This document shows positions 58,386 through 60,810 of a stretch of 60,810 nt of DNA, in pieces. Made by a program: the position numbers and the translations under genes. How positions within the stretch are numbered: the stretch's first letter is position 1; every line of letters starts with the position of its first letter. Origin of the DNA: Gammaproteobacteria bacterium (GTDB lineage: Bacteria > Pseudomonadota > Gammaproteobacteria > GCA-001735895); NCBI GenBank assembly GCA_051277905.1, contig JBNMQI010000001.1, positions 1-60,810 on the forward strand, in the 5' to 3' direction. The notes beneath the pieces are model-generated. The model saw only the letters and a program-made list of their open reading frames with translations, was not told the origin of the DNA and made no database searches.

Positions 58386-58706
58386 ATTTGCTCCGAGCTC
58401 TTTACTTTTTGATTGGTTACTAATTGTTCAGTAACTGGGTATTAAAAACGTCTACTAAAGCAGCAGGTTGTGTCGTGGTGTAAATCAGTTATTGTGAAAA
58501 TCAATCTCTATTTTTTGTATTTATAATTTCGACGTAAGGATTTGGTCACCATCTTGTCATTCCCCATTGTTACACTTCCGCGATTATTAAAAATGTCCGC
58601 TTCTGTCGGTTGTTTCTTCAGTGGAATAGGATGTTCTCTGGCGGCGGTCGCTTGTCGTCGTTGAAAGGAGTAACGTGTGCTCACGTCTTTAGAAGGATGG
58701 CAGACC

Positions 58707-59240
58707 ATGAATACATCACACACAGAGCTACTGGATTATGGTTGGGGTTTGTCCTCGCTGGGTTTAATTCTAGTGGCGGGTTCTGATACCGCTATTTGTG
58801 CAATTTTGGTGGGGGATGATCGTAGTTCGCTCTTAAATGAATTACAGCAGTCGTTTCCTGCTGCGCGCATTCGTCAGGATGATGGGCGCTTGGCTACGCG
58901 CATTGGTAAGGTTATTCGGTGCCTAGAGCAACCCCAAGAATTATCGGCATTACCGGTGTTAGAAATGCGTGGTACAGAGTTTCAGCGTCGTGTTTGGAGT
59001 GCTTTGCAGCATATTCCGGTTGGTTCAACAGTAAGTTATTCGGCGTTGGCAGAGCAAATCGGTGCGCCAGCGGCAGTTCGTGCGGTGGCCGGTGCTTGTG
59101 CGGCGAATAAGTTGGCGGTGTTGGTTCCTTGTCATCGAGTGGTGCGCTCAAATGGCGAGCTATCAGGTTATCGATGGGGTGTTCAGCGTAAGCAGTTTTT
59201 ATTGCAGCGTGAGCGTCAGTGGGTAAAAGAAGCGGGCTAA
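58707..59240 (+). CDS. ogt: Methylated-DNA-protein-cysteine methyltransferase
   Basis: Active site ..LVPCHRVVRSNGELSGYRWG.. and ..GTEFQRRVWSAL..IP.G.T.SY.. Start at ATG 58707 (AAGGA upstream). Confidence 0.88.
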   Translation: MNTSHTELLDYGWGLSSLGLILVAGSDTAICAILVGDDRSSLLNELQQSFPAARIRQDDGRLATRIGKVIRCLEQPQELSALPVLEMRGTEFQRRVWSALQHIPVGSTVSYSALAEQIGAPAAVRAVAGACAANKLAVLVPCHRVVRSNGELSGYRWGVQRKQFLLQRERQWVKEAG

Positions 59241-59491
59241 TCTGTACTATTGTTTTTCTTATTGCTGAGTAGCTGCTCGGCTTTTTCTTGCTGTACCTTA
59301 ACGATGGCCAATTTTTCTCGCGCGTTTTGGCGTTCTTCTTCGCTTAGCTCTGAATCAATAATGTGTGCTTCGAGTTTAAGTTGTTTTTCTTTAAGCCCTT
59401 TTATGACTTGTTTGATGGCTCGTCGAGACACTCCGCGCGCGTCATCACTCATAAAGTTCGCTATTTTCTGCACTATTTTTTCAAGCTTCAT
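59237..59491 (-). CDS. Small coiled-coil hypothetical protein (84 aa)
   Basis: MKLEKIVQKIANFMSDDARGVSRRAIKQ.. GAGGAA RBS. Overlaps the stop of the upstream transporter gene by 11 nt. Confidence 0.5.
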   Translation of the reverse strand: MKLEKIVQKIANFMSDDARGVSRRAIKQVIKGLKEKQLKLEAHIIDSELSEEERQNAREKLAIVKVQQEKAEQLLSNKKNNSTD

Positions 59492-60810
59492 TACTTGATT
59501 CCTCGCTCGCATCCGTGGCGAGAGTTTGGCGAACTTGGGTTACATCTTCGTCACTGAGCTGAATCATAGTTTGTGCTTTGGATGTCTGCGGTAGCTGAGC
59601 CAAAATAAGTGCCTGCCCTGCGTTAATCAAGCTCAAGGCTATTTGGCGCGCGTAGCCTTGATCGTTCATTAGTGATGTTGCTTGTGCCGGTGTCACTATA
59701 TGTTCACGAATCATACGTTCGGTTTCACTATCTGCCCGCTCGTGCGCATCATCAAGACGTAATTTCTGGTGTTCTAATTCCAGCAAATAATCATTGAAGA
59801 AACTGGCCGCTGCGCTCGGCTCATTGGTGCTTTTGGCAATAATGTTTTCGAGTAATGTAATCACCTGACGGATGTCTTGGCGTAGGGCTTCATAAGCTGC
59901 GTGCAAAGTGTGGTGACGACCGTGAAGCGCTGGGTATAAGTTACCATGCAGTTGACCTGATGTTTTAACTGCTTCGACCATGTGATACGTCGCAGAGCGA
60001 AACTGCCTGAGGGGCTCAAGCTCTGTTGTGCCAGGAGTTTTATGAGCAAGGCTAATAAAACGCACGATGGCGTTGTAGAGCGTTTTGATGCGGTTGTGAT
60101 AAGCATCGTCGATTTGTTTTTCAGTGAATTCTTTTGCGGGTGGTAGAAGCGATTCGGTATGAGAGCTGCGCGGCTCCCAATCTAACGCTCGTAATACAAT
60201 ATCCAAAGCATGACGTGTCAGGCGCTGACTTTCTTGGCGCGTGACGCTGGTTGTCGCCAGAGCGGACTCTAGCGCTGCATCGTTAAGGTAGCGCGGTACT
60301 TTTATCGAAATCGTATCCGCAGGAATGCGTTTTTCTAGCCACTTTGTTAGGCGTTCTAACTGCGGCAGCATGATGGCTACCCCTAAGGTATTAAAGACCG
60401 TATGGAACAGGGCGAGACGTAAGGTGTAGTTGTCTGCTGCTATGCCCAAGCCATTACCCAGCAGTTCGACCACAGGTATTAGAATAGGCAGCGCGAGGAG
60501 CGCAACAAGACCGGTGACGAGATTAAAAACAACATGCCCCAACGCTAAGCGTTTACCGGCTGCATTAGCGCTAATACTGCCGAGGATGGCCGTGACTGTG
60601 GTGCCAATATTGGCGCCGATAGCGACAGCAAGTGCATCCTCATAGTGAATTTGTTGATGAGCTAGAGCGGTGAGTATCAATATTAATGTCGCATGACTTG
60701 ACTGCATAACAACGGTGGCAATGATGCCTAAGCCGGTAAATAGCAGAAGAGCGGTAAAACCTTGAAAAGGCATCGCGGTTAATTGCATTTGGCTTTGCAA
60801 ATTGCTGAAG
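59481..60810 (-). CDS. Na/Pi cotransporter family protein with PhoU-like C-terminal region (N-terminus outside window)
   Basis: ..AIGANIGTTVTAILGSI.. Na/Pi-cotransporter repeat. The frame is still open at the window edge. Confidence 0.8.
   Translation of the reverse strand, partial: FSNLQSQMQLTAMPFQGFTALLLFTGLGIIATVVMQSSHATLILILTALAHQQIHYEDALAVAIGANIGTTVTAILGSISANAAGKRLALGHVVFNLVTGLVALLALPILIPVVELLGNGLGIAADNYTLRLALFHTVFNTLGVAIMLPQLERLTKWLEKRIPADTISIKVPRYLNDAALESALATTSVTRQESQRLTRHALDIVLRALDWEPRSSHTESLLPPAKEFTEKQIDDAYHNRIKTLYNAIVRFISLAHKTPGTTELEPLRQFRSATYHMVEAVKTSGQLHGNLYPALHGRHHTLHAAYEALRQDIRQVITLLENIIAKSTNEPSAAASFFNDYLLELEHQKLRLDDAHERADSETERMIREHIVTPAQATSLMNDQGYARQIALSLINAGQALILAQLPQTSKAQTMIQLSDEDVTQVRQTLATDASEESSNEA

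Overview
This 60,810-nt window reads as a Gram-negative chromosome segment, gammaproteobacterium-like by gene content (inference). It consists of two housekeeping flanks around a 35.6-kb mosaic genomic island.

Left flank (1-17.4 kb):
- the 3' part of a giant Ig-repeat / Asp-repeat surface protein
- an HExxH protein with two paralogous membrane proteins
- katG
- a LysR-linked detox operon (DJ-1/PfpI, YqhD-like ADH, CurA-like reductase, GST)
- an AstE/AspA-family deacylase
- an oleate hydratase

Right flank (53.1-60.8 kb):
- tRNA-Arg(CCG)
- a coiled-coil / PaaK-like ligase / methyltransferase operon
- a Gly-rich beta-helix-like lipoprotein
- an ogt-like gene
- a truncated Na/Pi cotransporter gene

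The island is bounded by a perfect 49-bp duplication of the tRNA 3' half (17452-17500 and 53084-53132). Its content, left to right:
1. An array of PD-(D/E)xK-like nuclease modules (one full, one orphan C-terminus, one about 20-codon remnant). Each is translationally coupled to a 459-486 aa paralogous partner gene.
2. An intact ISPpu12-like ISL3 element carrying merR-like, CDF and lspA passenger genes, with an 8-bp target duplication.
3. A visibly AT-rich pair of oversized tyrosine-recombinase-like genes flanked by related repeats.
4. A lipoprotein mini-operon.
5. An XRE / int / xis / XRE module with paired palindromic operators.
6. A type IC restriction-modification (R-M) system with a triple TAEL repeat in hsdS. 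A PrrC-like ATPase, a RhuM fragment and a Fic protein sit between hsdS and hsdR.
7. A wHTH-GHKL ATPase plus STAS-like/wHTH gene pair.
8. A small protein plus a DUF457-like hydrolase.
9. A short type II CBASS (HNH-SAVED Cap5-like effector, CD-NTase, E2-only protein).

The best candidates for something undescribed are the nuclease/large-partner cassette array (17.6-24.2 kb), the GHKL/STAS-like pair (47.6-49.2 kb), the cargo inside the type I R-M operon (41.5-44.3 kb) and the two-recombinase element (26.0-34.6 kb). All homology calls come from motif recognition by eye; no searches were run.
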